64,000 nucleotides of DNA. Origin: Octopus bimaculoides (Eukaryota). The stretch spans positions 2,343,456 through 2,407,455 of the forward strand of contig NC_069003.1 of the NCBI RefSeq assembly GCF_001194135.2, read 5' to 3'. Below are positions 25,918-39,988 of the stretch, piece by piece. The notes below the pieces were generated by a model. The model searched no databases. It was given only the letters and a program-made list of their open reading frames with translations, and was not told the DNA's origin. The position numbers were made by a program, and so were the translations under genes. Every line of letters starts with the position of its first letter. Positions within the stretch are counted from its first letter, which is position 1.

Positions 25918-26400
25918 TGCGTGTGTGTGTGTGTTTTCTCTGTATGCATAAGCTTGTTCACTTCTATTTAGTGAATATAATTGCCGATATCAAAATGCAG
26001 TAATTCTGTTTTCCTCACCGAAAAAAATGGCAAATATCAACAAATTGAAACAAGAAGCGAAATGAAGGAAAACTCAAAGAAAATTGGTGTACAAGAAAAT
26101 AAAACAGAAGAAAGAGAGAGAGAAGCAAAAACAACAGAATGTAAATTGCTATACGAAAATAGAACGGAATATATACATTCATATATATATATATATATAC
26201 GCAGAAAACAAAAGGAAATTTTACGAGATGGAAGATATAGGAAATATTTGCTGAGAAAGAAGTAAGAAGGAGATTTTTATTGGATGATAAAACGATAAAA
26301 AAAAAGAGGACGAGTCGTTTCTGTTTATAATGTGTTTTTATCTACGCACGTATACAGAATCTGATGCAGCGTTTTATGTGTGCATATATATATATATATA

Positions 26401-26476
<76 letters not shown>

Positions 26477-27103
26477 TTTGGATCAATTATGTATATATAT
26501 ACATATATATGTATGTACATATATATACGTATATGTACATATATGTACATATATATACGTATATGTACATATATATGTACATATTTATACACATATATAC
26601 ATACATATATGTACATACATATATGTACATACATATATACACATATATGTACATATATATACACATATATGTACATATATATACACATATATGTACATAT
26701 ATATAATATTTATGTGTGTGTGCCCGTGGCATTGTGTGAATATGTGTGTTTAATAAATGATATGTATATATATATCTGTAATAAATGTATATATATATAT
26801 GTATGTAATAAATGTATGTTTATACACATATGAAATATATATGTGACCGTGTATGCGTCTGCGTAGAATAAATTATACTTAAATGTTTTACTCGCTCGTA
26901 TATGTTAGTAAACACATTTAGGTGTATGCATACGAGTTTACATATGTAAGTTCATCTTCTTGAATATTGATTTATTCATATATTCTATGAAATATATACA
27001 CACATATGTCCATACATATATTTTATACGCTCATAATAAACAGATATATATACAGATGTTTTAGAACTTATATGCCTGTGTGTTTGTGCCGGTGTACGTT
27101 TAT

Positions 27104-27142
<39 letters not shown>

Positions 27143-27278
27143 GTTTGTATGCATATGTGTACATAAATATGTATGTATGGATATGTAGTATATATAAACA
27201 CAAATGCATATATATATATAAANNNNNNNNNNAAATGCATATATATATATAAAGATATATATATATATATACAATAAC

Positions 27279-27315
<37 letters not shown>

Positions 27316-27318
27316 AAC

Positions 27319-27355
<37 letters not shown>

Positions 27356-28520
27356 ATATGTATATATATATTATGTATATTTAGTGGTGGTGTATGCATG
27401 TATGTATGTATGTACGTGTCTATGTATTTATGTATATGCATATATGTATGTGAATATGTTCCTTTGTGTGGGTAAATGATATACGTAAACGTATATGCGT
27501 AGATACATATATAAATCTGCATATATGTATTTGAGTGTATGTGTATTATGTCTATACGTATACACCTACGTATGTATAGAGTTTTGATGGACGTAGGTAT
27601 TTCCTCCATTGTTTAAGATTAACTGGTACTGGACGGAAAGACGCGGAAATATATTAAAAACAATATACAGAAAACGATATAACAATTTATAAAGTAATAA
27701 ATGGCTGCTAAATGAAACGAGATCGAAAAATAAAATATACGATAACCGAAATGAAAATCTAAACAAATCAGAATATATATATATATATATATATATTTAT
27801 CGCCATACATAAACATTCTTGTCTACAACATAAACAAGCATAAATAATAATTAAAAAAAATAAAACACGTAGGTAGATAATAAATAATGTATAGATAAAA
27901 AGCGAAGAAAAGTGGGAAACAAAGATGGCGGTTTTGTACAAAATAATAGATTTTAGTGGAAAAGAGTAATAATGATGGATGCACAATAAGAAGGAAGTCG
28001 CTTATTCGCTTTGGTTCTCTTTTCAAAATGGTGAATGTATTGTATGTGAGAAAGCAGATTTCAGTGTGTTTGTGTGTGTGAGTGAGTGTGTCTCATTGTG
28101 TTTCTGTATGTGCGTAAATGCTTAAGTGTTTCTCTGTGTATGGTTTTATATGGTTTGTGGTTATGTCTGTCTATGTGGGAGACAGAGAGAGAGAGAGAGG
28201 GGGGGGGTAAAGAGAGCGCGTACGCTTGAATGCGAACTGTAGTATTTGGAATTGCATGCTTGCATTAATGTTAGTATATTTGTCTACGTTTTTGTAGAAG
28301 GGTTGTCAGTGTGTGTGTGTGTGTGTGTGTGTGTGTTCCAGATTTGTGAGTCAAGACTAAATGTAACGGTTCAGACTTTGCCGTGAAGTTAAGAAGTTTG
28401 GGTTCGCTCCCACGTTCATGAACAAACTCTCATGTACATACACAACACACTCCCCGTCATTAATACGCGTGTTTATGTATGCTTGTATGTACGTATATAT
28501 GTATGTCAGAGCTAGTAGAT

Positions 28521-28770
28521 AAAACGACCAGCTTTGATTTCAAGACGAAAGGAGTTCTTCCATCAGGATAATGCTCGGTCTCATACAGCGAGGATGATAT
28601 TCTAAAGGTTGGAACAGTTTGAATGGGAACGATGCCCCACCCACTATATTTGCCGGACATTACCCTATCTAATTATCATTTATTCCGCACCCTTCTAAAT
28701 CATTTCGACAGAAAAAGTATGGATTCTGTAGACGAGGTCACAACAATATTGGAGTATTTTTCGTCACAGA
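28521..28770 (+). mobile_element. mariner transposase pseudogene fragment
   Basis: KRPALISRRKEFFHQDNARSHTARMIF*RLEQFEWE/MPHPLYLPDITLSNYHLFRTLLNHF shows both HQDNARPH and PHPPYSPDLAPSDYHLF motifs, with one stop and one frameshift. Confidence 0.9.
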
Positions 28771-28876
28771 TATACATCTATACGTATATATGATTATATA
28801 CATACATGCACATAGGTAGATATACATACACGTATGCATATAGAGACAGACTTCTGTATATAAATATTATATATAT

Positions 28877-28974
<98 letters not shown>

Positions 28975-29583
28975 AAATTTAGGGAATGGAAAATTCTAGA
29001 TTTATGCAGTTCCACTGATGGCTTGGATGTGTAGTCTTCGAATTAGCTTTCTCTTTTCTGATTTGAGCCAAGATTGGTAATTAGACTGTGTGTAACATAT
29101 CCCAGTATCTCCATAATTACAGGTATAAGCCTTAATTGTAATCTAGATAGAGTACCTGGAGATTTCTCAATAGTTCAGTGTAGGTGTTCTCTTTTTCACT
29201 TATCTTCAATGGATGGATGGATGGAGAGGTAGGTTGGGAGACAGGTAGGTAGGCAGAATGGCAGGTAGGTAGAGAGGCAGGCAGGTAGGTAGGTAGGTAG
29301 GTAGGTATATCACCTGTGAATAGTACAAAATTTATATTTACTACGTTTGAAAAAATCCGTCTTCCAATATTAATGGAATTCTACATCGATTGAGTAGGCA
29401 TCATCCTAGGAATGGTGATGATGCTGATCTCTCACAATGGTTCCAGTACTGAAATACCTGAATATGATGGAGAATATAACTGATACGCATCAACGCACTT
29501 TGTATCTTGGAGGCAACGAAGACATTTTTTCTGTATATTTATATTTTCGGATCCATTCCATACTCCATGTATCTGTTTCTGTA

Positions 29584-29622
<39 letters not shown>

Positions 29623-29844
29623 GATATATACGTACCCGAAAATCAATGTTTCACAGTGATGAATGCTCTCAGAGAGATGCACGTTATCCTCTCTACACCT
29701 AAAATTTCTACTTTATATTAAATATACATACATATGCACATACGTACATGCATACTACACCAATACACACACTCACATTTACAGATAGATATAGATATAT
29801 ATATAGAGTCATATATAAAATGTAGCATCGGTTCATACTCGATG

Positions 29845-29894
<50 letters not shown>

Positions 29895-29914
29895 ATATAC
29901 ATGTTTATATGTGT

Positions 29915-29947
<33 letters not shown>

Positions 29948-31044
29948 CATACATACACATATATCCTTTTCAAAAAACGAACCACACTTTGAAGCCGTAT
30001 ATTGATTATAATCTTTAGTAGTTTTATTGTTGTTTTTTTGTTTTTGTTTGCGTCATTGTGTTTTTGTTTATTTGTTTTTACCATTTCAAGCCGCATATAC
30101 TCTCTTGAACATTGTATTCTCTTGCCACTGGGTACAAATCTCAAGTACAATAAACAGGCAAACAAAGGCCACACCTACCCACCACCACCACCACCACCAC
30201 CACCACCACCCCTATCCCAATCACCACAACTGCAAAAAANNNNNNNNNNAAATATCAAAAAAAAAAAAAAAAAAAAAACCAAAACCAAAACCATTGGTTG
30301 AAATCTTCAGATGTATCTATAGAATTCCAAGACTACAGAAGTGCAGAACCGTTGCCACCCATCCTTCCTTTGTGAGAATGGAATTCTGATTATGATCCAA
30401 GATCCATTTCTCGTTCAATTTCTTTCTGATACGATATGATATTTTACATTATCTGCCGAAAAAGGAATTCGCATTTGCTTTTTTTGCTTCTTTTTTTATA
30501 CATCATTACTATTATTATTATTATCATCATCATTATTATTATCATTATTATCATTATATTTTTATTACTATTACTATTATTACTATTATTATTATTATTG
30601 TTGTTGTTATTATTATTATTATTATTGTTATTATCCTGAAGATCATTTTGCATGATTCTATATAAAATACGATCAGAGCAAGAAGGGTGGGGGTAGGGGG
30701 AAAAAACGCCAGATAACAACAGCAGGAGAAAGAGCAGCAGCCATAGCGGTAAGAATTACGGAGGTGTCGGCATTGTGATAGCAGCCACAGGAGCTGCAGC
30801 AATGCCAACAGAAGAAGCATTCTTAGCAAGAAAAGAAGGAAAAAGAAAAGAAAAAAAAGAAAAAAAAACGTTGAAGATGCCTGGATACGATATTGAATTA
30901 TTTGGCTGCAGGTAATTTTACCCGTGTTCTTAACAAAAGCCACATGATACTTTTAACAGTGCAAGACATTGTTTCCAAAGTTACTATCTGCGAGGCGAAG
31001 GATACAACAGAAAATATTCGATGGAAATCAATATAAATATATAC

Positions 31045-31104
<60 letters not shown>

Positions 31105-31316
31105 GTATACACACATATATATATATATATATAATCATATATAAATATATATATATACATACATACAAACACATATATGCATGTACATATACATATCTGG
31201 ACGTGTGTGTGTGTGCATGTATGTGTTTATTTATATATATCTAGGAGAGAGAGAGGGAGAGAGAGAGAGCAAAAGAGATAGAGCAGTAAATATGTTGCTA
31301 TACATATATGTATATT

Positions 31317-31350
<34 letters not shown>

Positions 31351-31372
31351 CTGTGTATATATATATAAATGA

Positions 31373-31453
<81 letters not shown>

Positions 31454-32520
31454 TACATGAATGTATGTGTATATATATATATATATATACATGAATGTAT
31501 GTATATGTATATATATATATATACATGTATATATATATATATATGAATGTATACAAATATATATATATATATATATACGTATATATGCATATATATGTAT
31601 GTGTATGCATGTATACATATGAATGTTTAAAATATCTGCTGAGGGTTCTTTTAAGAAAAGGTCGATGGTATAACGATGTTTGAATGAAGAATTCTGAATT
31701 GGCCCCCAACACATTCTATCTGTGCTTTCCGACATCTTCTTGCTTCATCTCTTTCTGCCAGTCGAGTTGTGTAACGTATGTGTGTGTTCATAAAGTCATC
31801 GGTCTTTCTATCTAACTACAGCTGTTTCATGTCTCTCTCTTTTTCGATTTCACTTCCCCTCACTCTTTCTATCTTTCTCTCTCTGGAAAATAGGTATTTT
31901 TTAATGAAATTTTATGCAAATACCTTTCAAACAGTGTAGATTATGATTACAAGGAAATTTGTTGGCAAAATTTTTGGAAGGGTGCGAGGCGTGTGCAGTT
32001 TCTAGAAAACGAACTTTCGGATCAGACGGCCCACATAAGTTGGAATTTCTCCGTTTTGACAGGGATAATCCTTTCCAATATTTTTCACCAAAGTCTTCAG
32101 AATGATGAAAGACATATTTTCACGACAAAAAAAAAAAAAAATTGAAAGCTTTCTTTCACTCCCGCTACTCCCTCGCCACTCCAGTCCAAAATGATGTTGG
32201 CTATTTTTTTTTTTTTTTCACTACGCACTTTAAAACCCGTGAGAGAAACATTTTCGATTAAAAAAAAAATTGTAAATAATTTCAGAGAAAAATCTGCGAC
32301 TTAAGGGAGATCTGGCTGTTGTTTGTAGCACATCCCAAAATCTCCCTCCTCTTTTCTTTCTCACTCACGCATCTATTGATATTTTTCAATATTTCGCTCC
32401 CCATAAACAAATTTTATGGAATGATGATGTCAAATCAACACACGTGTAGTTCCAACCGTGTGTGTAAGAAAAAAAAAACAACTAAAACATCTTTAGTGTT
32501 CATATTTATCTGTCAAATGT

Positions 32521-32770
32521 GTGGAGGCGCAATGGCCCAATAGTTAGGGCAGCGGACTCATGGTCATAGGCGGGGGTGGAGGTAGTGAACCCTGCTGTAC
32601 TCTTTCACCACAAACTTTCTCTCACTCTTTCTTCCTGTTTCTGTTGTACCAGTAATTCAAAGGGCCAGCCTTGTCACATTCCATATCACACTGAATATCC
32701 CCGAGAACTACGTTAAGGGTACACGTGTCTGTGGAGTGCTCAGCCACTTGCACGTTAATTTCACGAGAAG
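32521..32770 (+). mobile_element. SINE family A with internal deletion and 3' truncation
   Basis: Head GTGGAGGCGCAATGGCCC joined after GTCATAGG to the GGGG..GAACCCTGCTGTACTC segment; ends at TTTCACGAG. Confidence 0.85.
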
Positions 32771-33379
32771 GTCGGCAATGGATGGTGGGTGTTCGATGAT
32801 AGTTTTGTCTTTCGGATTTGCCTTGTTGCCCAACAGCAGTGATTTTGGTTTCTTGTCATCAGGTCTAGGACATCAAACCTACCATTGACTGCTCCTCTCA
32901 AGGTTTCTTCTCGTTGTTGCTGCTTCAATTGTTGTTGCTGCTGTTGCTCCTGTATTTGTTCTCAACATTTAGCCACATAACTAAATGCCAAACGCAAAAA
33001 CTTAGTTATTGACATCGATGTTTTAGATGCCCCAGCAATGAGTTACAGTGAAACGCCAAAGAAAGTACTAAGTCTAGACAGGAAACGAAATATTAATTGC
33101 ATTTAGAATATAGCACCTCAAATTTGATATACACAGATTATATTTGCAACGATTACTCACTAATACGGCTGTTTATAAATAGAAATATATTGCGAAATAT
33201 CCTCCTTGGAATTACAGAAGTATCCAGTAGAGAATAATGGTAAGATAATACAGATAATAACGGAACAAGAGCGCATCAAAAAATATTGTTTTCCACCTCC
33301 AAGAAAGCCAATGGATACGTAGTTGAGGCTGTAATAAGAGATGATAGGAAGAAACTTGATAAAACGATTTTAGAAAGTC

Positions 33380-33513
33380 TAAACTAAGAGTGAGACTACA
33401 GAATGCTGTGATAGAGAAATGGTAGAGAAAAGTCTTTATAGAATCAAAATAGGATAAAACTGGAAAGATCGGAAGTAGACATAAGAAAATTCCAACATTG
33501 GCTGAGAAGCAGG
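33380..33513 (+). mobile_element. R4/Dong-like non-LTR retrotransposon remnant (post-RT region)
   Basis: RLQNAVIEKW*RK../KLERSEVDIRKFQHWLRS resembles the R4-clade ..KW..K.LHG....ID...S..WLR segment. Confidence 0.5.
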
Positions 33514-33680
33514 GCCAGCAATTTTGTGAAGGAAAATAGTCGATTAAATCGATCTCGTTACATGATTGATTCTTTGTTTTATTGACCCCAGAAATGATCA
33601 AAGTCAACGATAACATATACAGGTTTCGAACTCAGAAGGTGAAAGCTTAAACGGCCGGAACAATTGCTGGACGGTGAAGG
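33511..33680 (-). mobile_element. SINE family B, diverged
   Basis: GGCCAGCAATTTTGTG..AGTCGATTAAATCGAT..TTATTGACCCCAGAAATGATCAAAGTCAAC..TTCGAACTCAGAA. Confidence 0.7.
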
Positions 33681-35093
33681 ATCTTTCTCGAAACACTGAC
33701 CTTGGATGATGATGGTGATTATGATGGGGATGATGATGACGACGGCAGCGGCGGATGACGATGACGACTATAGAGATAATGAGGGTGTTGATGATGACGA
33801 CGACTATAGGGATGATGATAAAAATGATGATGACATCGACGACGGCGGCGGACGACTATGATAACTACAGGTATAATGATGATGACGACGACATTGATGA
33901 CAACTATAGAGATAATGAGGAGGAGGAGGATGACGACGACGACTATAGGGATGATGAAGATGATGACGATGTTGATGATGATGATGTAAAAGTCAAAGAA
34001 AAAAATCATGCGAAAAGAAAACAACTAAAGCATGGAATGGTTGATGCGTCACTTTAAAACACATTTTCGTAATAGAGGTAACATCTCCACACTGGCACCA
34101 TGCCCACCACGACCATCACCAGCATAACCACTACTACCACCATTTCCATCACGCATAGCTCCTCTCTCTCTCTCTCTGTCTTTCTTTCTTCTTCCTCTTT
34201 ATCAAAAGACAAAAAAAACACTTAATCAACCAAAAAGATTATATATATGTAACAAAAAAGTGTTGCTAGGAATATTTCAGCTTCGAGAGTAAAAGCTGAA
34301 ACAAAAATGAAAATAGAATTAACCAGAATTTAGTTATAAATTTTCCTTTGAATTAATCAAGGAATGTATCTCAGACAATGAATTTTGGCGATTTATTGCG
34401 AAAAAGCATTTCCCCTTTCAGCTGCCTGGTAATTGGATTATGAAAAAAATGTTGGGAAGTTTCCATGGAAACAAGAGAAAACGACAATTAAGTTNNNNNN
34501 NNNNNNNNNNNNNNNNNNNNNNNNNNNNNNNNNNNNNNNNNNNNNNNNNNNNNNNNNNNNNNNNNNNNNNNNNNNNNNNNNNNNNNNNNNNNNNNNNNNN
34601 NNNNNNNNNNNNNNNNNNNNNNNNNNNNNNNNNNNNNNNNNNNNNNNNNNNNNNNNNNNNNNNNNNNNNNNNNNNNNNNNNNNNNNNNNNNNNNNNNNNN
34701 NNNNNNNNNNNNNNNNNNNNNNNNNNNNNNNNNNNNNNNNNNNNNNNNNNNNNNNNNNNNNNNNNNNNNNNNNNNNNNNNNNNNNNNNNNNNNNNNNNNN
34801 NNNNNNNNNNNNNNNNNNNNNNNNNNNNNNNNNNNNNNNNNNNNNNNNNNNNNNNNNNNNNNNNNNNNNNNNNNNNNNNNNNNNNNNNNNNNNNNNNNNN
34901 NNNNNNNNNNNNNNNNNNNNNNNNNNNNNNNNNNNNNNNNNNNNNNNNNNNNNNNNNNNNNNNNNNNNNNNNNNNNNNNNNNNNNNNNNNNNNNNNNNNN
35001 NNNNNNNNNNNNNNNNNNNNNNNNNNNNNNNNNNNNNNNNNNNNNNNNNNNNNNNNNNNNNNNNNNNNNNNNNNNNNNNNNNNNNNNNNNNNN

Positions 35094-35129
<36 letters not shown>

Positions 35130-35647
35130 ATGCATGTGAATGTATAAGTATGCGTATTCGTTTACCAATATAAGTTGAAGAGAAATTGTATATGTATGCA
35201 AATATGGAGGGATATCTGCAAATACGTGTGCATAAACGTGACAATGTACGGACGCATATGTGCAGATAGTTAAACGTGGATTGATAATATTGTTCACGTA
35301 GAAATTTACGTTTGTGGGTATGTAAAAAGCGTATCGATAAATATGGGCAGGCATATATAAGTTTACATTGAGTGCAGCGGGTAAACGAATACACGAGACA
35401 TTGTGTGTATTTTTGTGTGTGCGTATGTGAATTTGTGTATCTGAATCTGTGTGCACGCTAGTATAGGCGTGTTGCATGTCTGTGTATACATGTGTGTATA
35501 TATATTATAGATAGATAGATAGATAGATAGATACGTATATATATATATATATATATTCATCCATGTATACATATACGTATCTGTGTGCTAAATTATCTTT
35601 ATAATACAATATGTGATCAACCACATACACACTGGTCTCACATGCCG

Positions 35648-35693
<46 letters not shown>

Positions 35694-35703
35694 NNNNNNN
35701 NNN

Positions 35704-35740
<37 letters not shown>

Positions 35741-37482
35741 ACACACAAACACAGGTATGTATACAACCCCAAATCGCACTTATCTAACACTATGACAACA
35801 TTGTGTTGTAAAACCATTTTTATCATAATTGCACGACAAAATTATTTTTCATTTCTCTGTTTTCACAATGTTTAATTACGATCACGATAAATATACACTG
35901 TATACCCACACGCATATATAAACAACGCACATGCGTACTCTTCGCCAAGCACGCATGCGTCAGGGCATACAAAGACGCACACACACACACACACACACTT
36001 ATATATACATCTGTATTCATATATAAACATATGTATGCGTTTATATATATATCATATATAATATATATTATTATATTCATATATATATATATATATATAT
36101 ATACACATGTTTGTCTGTGTGTGAGTATGTACGTGTGCGTATATTTATATATACATGTACATTTACATATTTCAGGAGAGCTTGTATTATCTTTAATTGG
36201 GCATTATGCTAATCAGTACACACTATATGGATGTTGAAATTTTAATGCGCATCTACTAAACAAATCCTCCATATGCCTTCATACGGGGGACATTACATTA
36301 CCGTCGTATACTTTATTTGTTTGCTGTAATTTATTCTACGTATTTAATTCTGTATTCGTTGGAATTAATCCTGTAGAAAGGATAAGTAAAAGAACGAATT
36401 TCTCAGCATAGTGGATATCATTAACCATACGACAGTGATATGGCACTGAAGCTCTAGAAATACATCTCCTCCATCGATTTTCAATTACAGCCGGAATCAG
36501 ATTAAATCATTCTAGTTATTCTAGTCAACTAGTCGTTAACTGAACTACATGTAGTTAAATAAACATTTGTTATATACCACCAGAAAATGAAATTGCGATG
36601 ATTGAGACCTTTGTAGCGTGTAGAAACAAGTAAAACTAAATGTTTCTACTGTATATTTTCTTCAGACTCTGAAGTATATTTCAATTTTTTTCAAACCTGC
36701 GTCAGCTTAGTTTAATCCCCCGGAGGCACACCACGTAGTTGTTAATCCTTTGTTGATAAATGAGAGTAATAATAAACACCCGAAAGGGGTCGCGAACAGC
36801 GACGAAAGTATTGTGACTAACAAACAACCGATTGATTGATTGTTTAACCAGCACATTAAACATACGATCGATTAGTTAGATGGCAAGATATTTAACCAAT
36901 TGACTAATAATAAAGAAATGAAACCGAACCTGCCCGTGTGTTAAACCGAATACAAAAACGATGCAAGAGTAATAATACGTTTTTATTTTTTTATTTTTAC
37001 GCAATTGCTAATGAAATAAACGCAAGTTTCGAGATATTTTGTTTTGCAGATTAATTCTGTCATAGAGAGAACTACACGAAGTAGAAACTATAAATGGCGC
37101 AACGATTTTATAATGATCCAACACAACGTGACTAACTGCTATGTAGAATTTGGGTTCACGAGACAGTGAGGATATTTGAGCTTAAAAAATATACGTTTGT
37201 CGAGAAAGATACACGATGGCGTTTATATAGAATAAGACACTCGCAGGTCTTTCTCTGTTACAATTGAATTTCATTCTTTCTGTCGTATTTATGTCATATT
37301 TGAAGATAGAAAAAAAAAACTCCACCAGGGGACACATTCAATTGGTAATACAACGTTTAGGCGAGTTTAGGTTTGCAGCGTATATCTATATCTACTTGTC
37401 GTTTAAACGCACACCGACACTCACAAATAGTCACATACATACACACACGCGCACACACACACACACACACTATGTGTGTGTG

Positions 37483-37680
37483 TTATTGTGTGAATATACG
37501 TCCGGTAGTGTGAATGATCACTAACATGTTAAGTCTACACTTGATGTACTCGTGATGGTGTGCGTGTGTATGTGTGCCCTTGTGTGTGTGCCCGTGTGTT
37601 ACTGTGTGAGCATACGTCTGATAGTGTGAGTGATCAATAACACGTTAAGTCTAGGCTTGATATGTGATGGTGCGTGTGTG
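37483..37680. repeat. Two-copy tandem duplication, about 118-bp period
   Basis: TACGTCCGGTAGTGTGAATGATCACTAACATGTTAAGTCTACACTTGAT versus TACGTCTGATAGTGTGAGTGATCAATAACACGTTAAGTCTAGGCTTGAT. Confidence 0.85.
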
Positions 37681-37997
37681 TGTTTATCAAAGGATCTAGA
37701 ATACGTATTTACAATATATGTTTTTTTTATGAAATCGCCATCAATTCTCAGTAAAGAAGGAATATATGCTACGAATTCATGATTTATTCAGGAACACCAT
37801 TCTTATTTCTCTTCTGACTGCAGATGGTTTCTGCTGCTGCTGCTGCAGCAGTAACCGTTAACCATTACGCCTACATAACAAAACACTTTGCGCAAGACAT
37901 GAAGTCTTGCACTGCGTTGTGCAGTCATTGTACACTTTACGTCGACAATAATACTTCTCGAATGATAACATTAATACTAATGACGATGATGATGATC

Positions 37998-38690
37998 ATT
38001 ATTATTATTATTGTTGTTGTTCTTATTTACCGTTTAATTCTCAGGTCTCTCAATTTTACTTGCTCCGGCTAAATCTGTCAGAGCAGACAGCAACTTGTGG
38101 TCCAAGGTCTCCCATAACACCTAAGTGCCAATCTCAAAACATTTTGCTGTCCCAAACAAAGCAGTTTTCTTTGCATGTTCTACCTTCGTATCAATTCCAT
38201 TTTCTTCCACGTATTTCTCGAACCTAGTTGTAGTGCTTCCAGTGTCCCTACAGCTACTGAAATAACAGTTACGCTTCATTGCTCCTAGTCGTACAATTCT
38301 GTCTTTTAGTAGCTTGAATTTCTCAATCATTTTAAGCACTTTATCACCCATGCGTGCGTCGCCGAGTATGGTAATATCTATGATCTTGGTTCCCTTCTTG
38401 CCTTTATCCCCTGTAGCAACTACTGCGTATGTCAATCACTGAGTCACACTGGATTGTAAAATCTCATAAGATCTTATATTCCTTATATGGCCTTCTGGTT
38501 TATGTTCCTACTATTTCCGTGTTCTTTCACAATCTTCTCTGAACAACACCATTTCCAGTGAACAAGCTTATCCACGTTTTCGCGCTTCCTTTTGTATTCC
38601 TTTTGGGCCAATTTGCTTCATACATTCACTAACGAAGTGAATGTTTCGTTTTTGCTGATTCACATCCTACAAAAGGACGACTCATTGCTC
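37998..38690 (-). mobile_element. R4/Dong-clade LINE 3' end: CCHC knuckle, restriction-like endonuclease, 3' UTR, (AAC/AAT)n tail
   Basis: Minus strand: CRM*..ET..SKLAQKEYKRKRENVDKLVHWK, then KIIDITILGDARMGDKVLKMIEKFKLLKDRIVRL..RFEKYVEENGIDTKVEHAKKTALFGTAK* (stop at 38121); UTR runs into (AAC)3(AAT)5. Confidence 0.85.
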
Positions 38691-39054
38691 TTATCTATTT
38701 GAAACTTGGTGTAATTAAACTTTACAGCTTGTTCCCAGGTACGGTATATTGCATCTTTTCAGCTTGTTCTTAGGTACGGCATATTCATGCCTTATTGCAT
38801 CCTTTCAAATCATTTTTCCTTAGCCACCTCCAAGTGTTGGTCTTGTCTTTCCCTTCGATTTCTCTGAGGTATTGTCCCTGCATTGTTTTCACTTTCCGAT
38901 TCTTCAAGCTTTCTTCTCTATTTTGTTTCGTGATTTTTTTTTTTTTTTTTTTTTGCGTGTATCACATTTTCACTAGGTATCGTGTTGCTATTTTTATCAG
39001 CGACAGACAAAGATTTATCACCATTATCATTATTATTATGATTATTATTATTAT

Positions 39055-39295
39055 GACGAGCTGGCAGAATTGTCAGCACGTCAGACGAAATGCTTAGCGG
39101 CACTTATGTCTTGGAGTACTCGGCCATTGGCACGTTAATTTCGCGAGCATCAACTCGAACCCACGCCGTCGTAACCGACGCAGACAAGGCAAGTTCAAAA
39201 GCTACCGAGCTCCACATTGCCTTTGATATCTCCAGGGTCGATAAAATAAAATACCTGTCAAGTACTGAGGTCGATTTAATCGATAATCCCCGCTA
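39055..39295 (+). mobile_element. Chimeric SINE: family B head, family A 3' part, family B body
   Basis: B head to about 39100; A-type GGAGTACTCGGCCATTGGCACGTTAATTTCGCGAGC..CGTCGTAACCGACG (39112-39180); B resumes at AGTTCAAA (39192). Confidence 0.75.
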
Positions 39296-39579
39296 ACTTG
39301 AGATTACATTCAAGACATAAAAATATCTGAAGGTATATCCATTCGATACGTTAGCGAATCTGCTAACCCACTGCCCTTTCAACACTTCCATATCGATATC
39401 GATCCGCTCTACAGTTGAAACTGTATGATTATATTTATCAGATAGTCGGTTTATTTAGACAATATTCGATACGACAAGATATTTCGAGAAAGGTCAATTG
39501 CTCTCATAGTTGCAATTTGTGGCAGATTTTTCATTTAATCTATAAATCGGCATTCGTATAATTCTCTCTCTCTCTCTCT

Positions 39580-39655
<76 letters not shown>

Positions 39656-39944
39656 ATACACATACATATAGGCCCATTAATTTTTTTTCTGTTACAATTT
39701 CTCTCGTTCATTCTCTTGTATGTCGTTCTGTATCTCGTTCTCAATCTTCACTCTTCCTCTCTCTCACTCATTCTTCTCCTTTTCTCTCTCTATGTCTCTG
39801 GATTCATTCTTTATGTATTTTTCTCCGCTTTCTTCTTTCTCTATGCCTGTGTAGCACTTCCTCTCTGACAATACATACAAAATACATACATACAAGCATA
39901 TATACGTACAGGTATACATAGATCCATGTGTGTATATTTTATAT

Positions 39945-39988
<44 letters not shown>

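Noticed and set aside
27203-27252. Direct repeat AAATGCATATATATATATAAA on both sides of a 10-N gap (similar at 35694)
   Set aside because: Typical unmerged contig overlap, an assembly artefact.
30554-30943. 129-aa minus ORF with hydrophobic signal/TM-like stretch
   Set aside because: Hydrophobicity comes from A/G-rich and (AAT)n low-complexity runs read in reverse.
34433-35477. Longest ORFs in the track (also 39928-41027, 42314-43354, 54019-54942, 59364-60164)
   Set aside because: They are read through N gaps and dinucleotide repeats.
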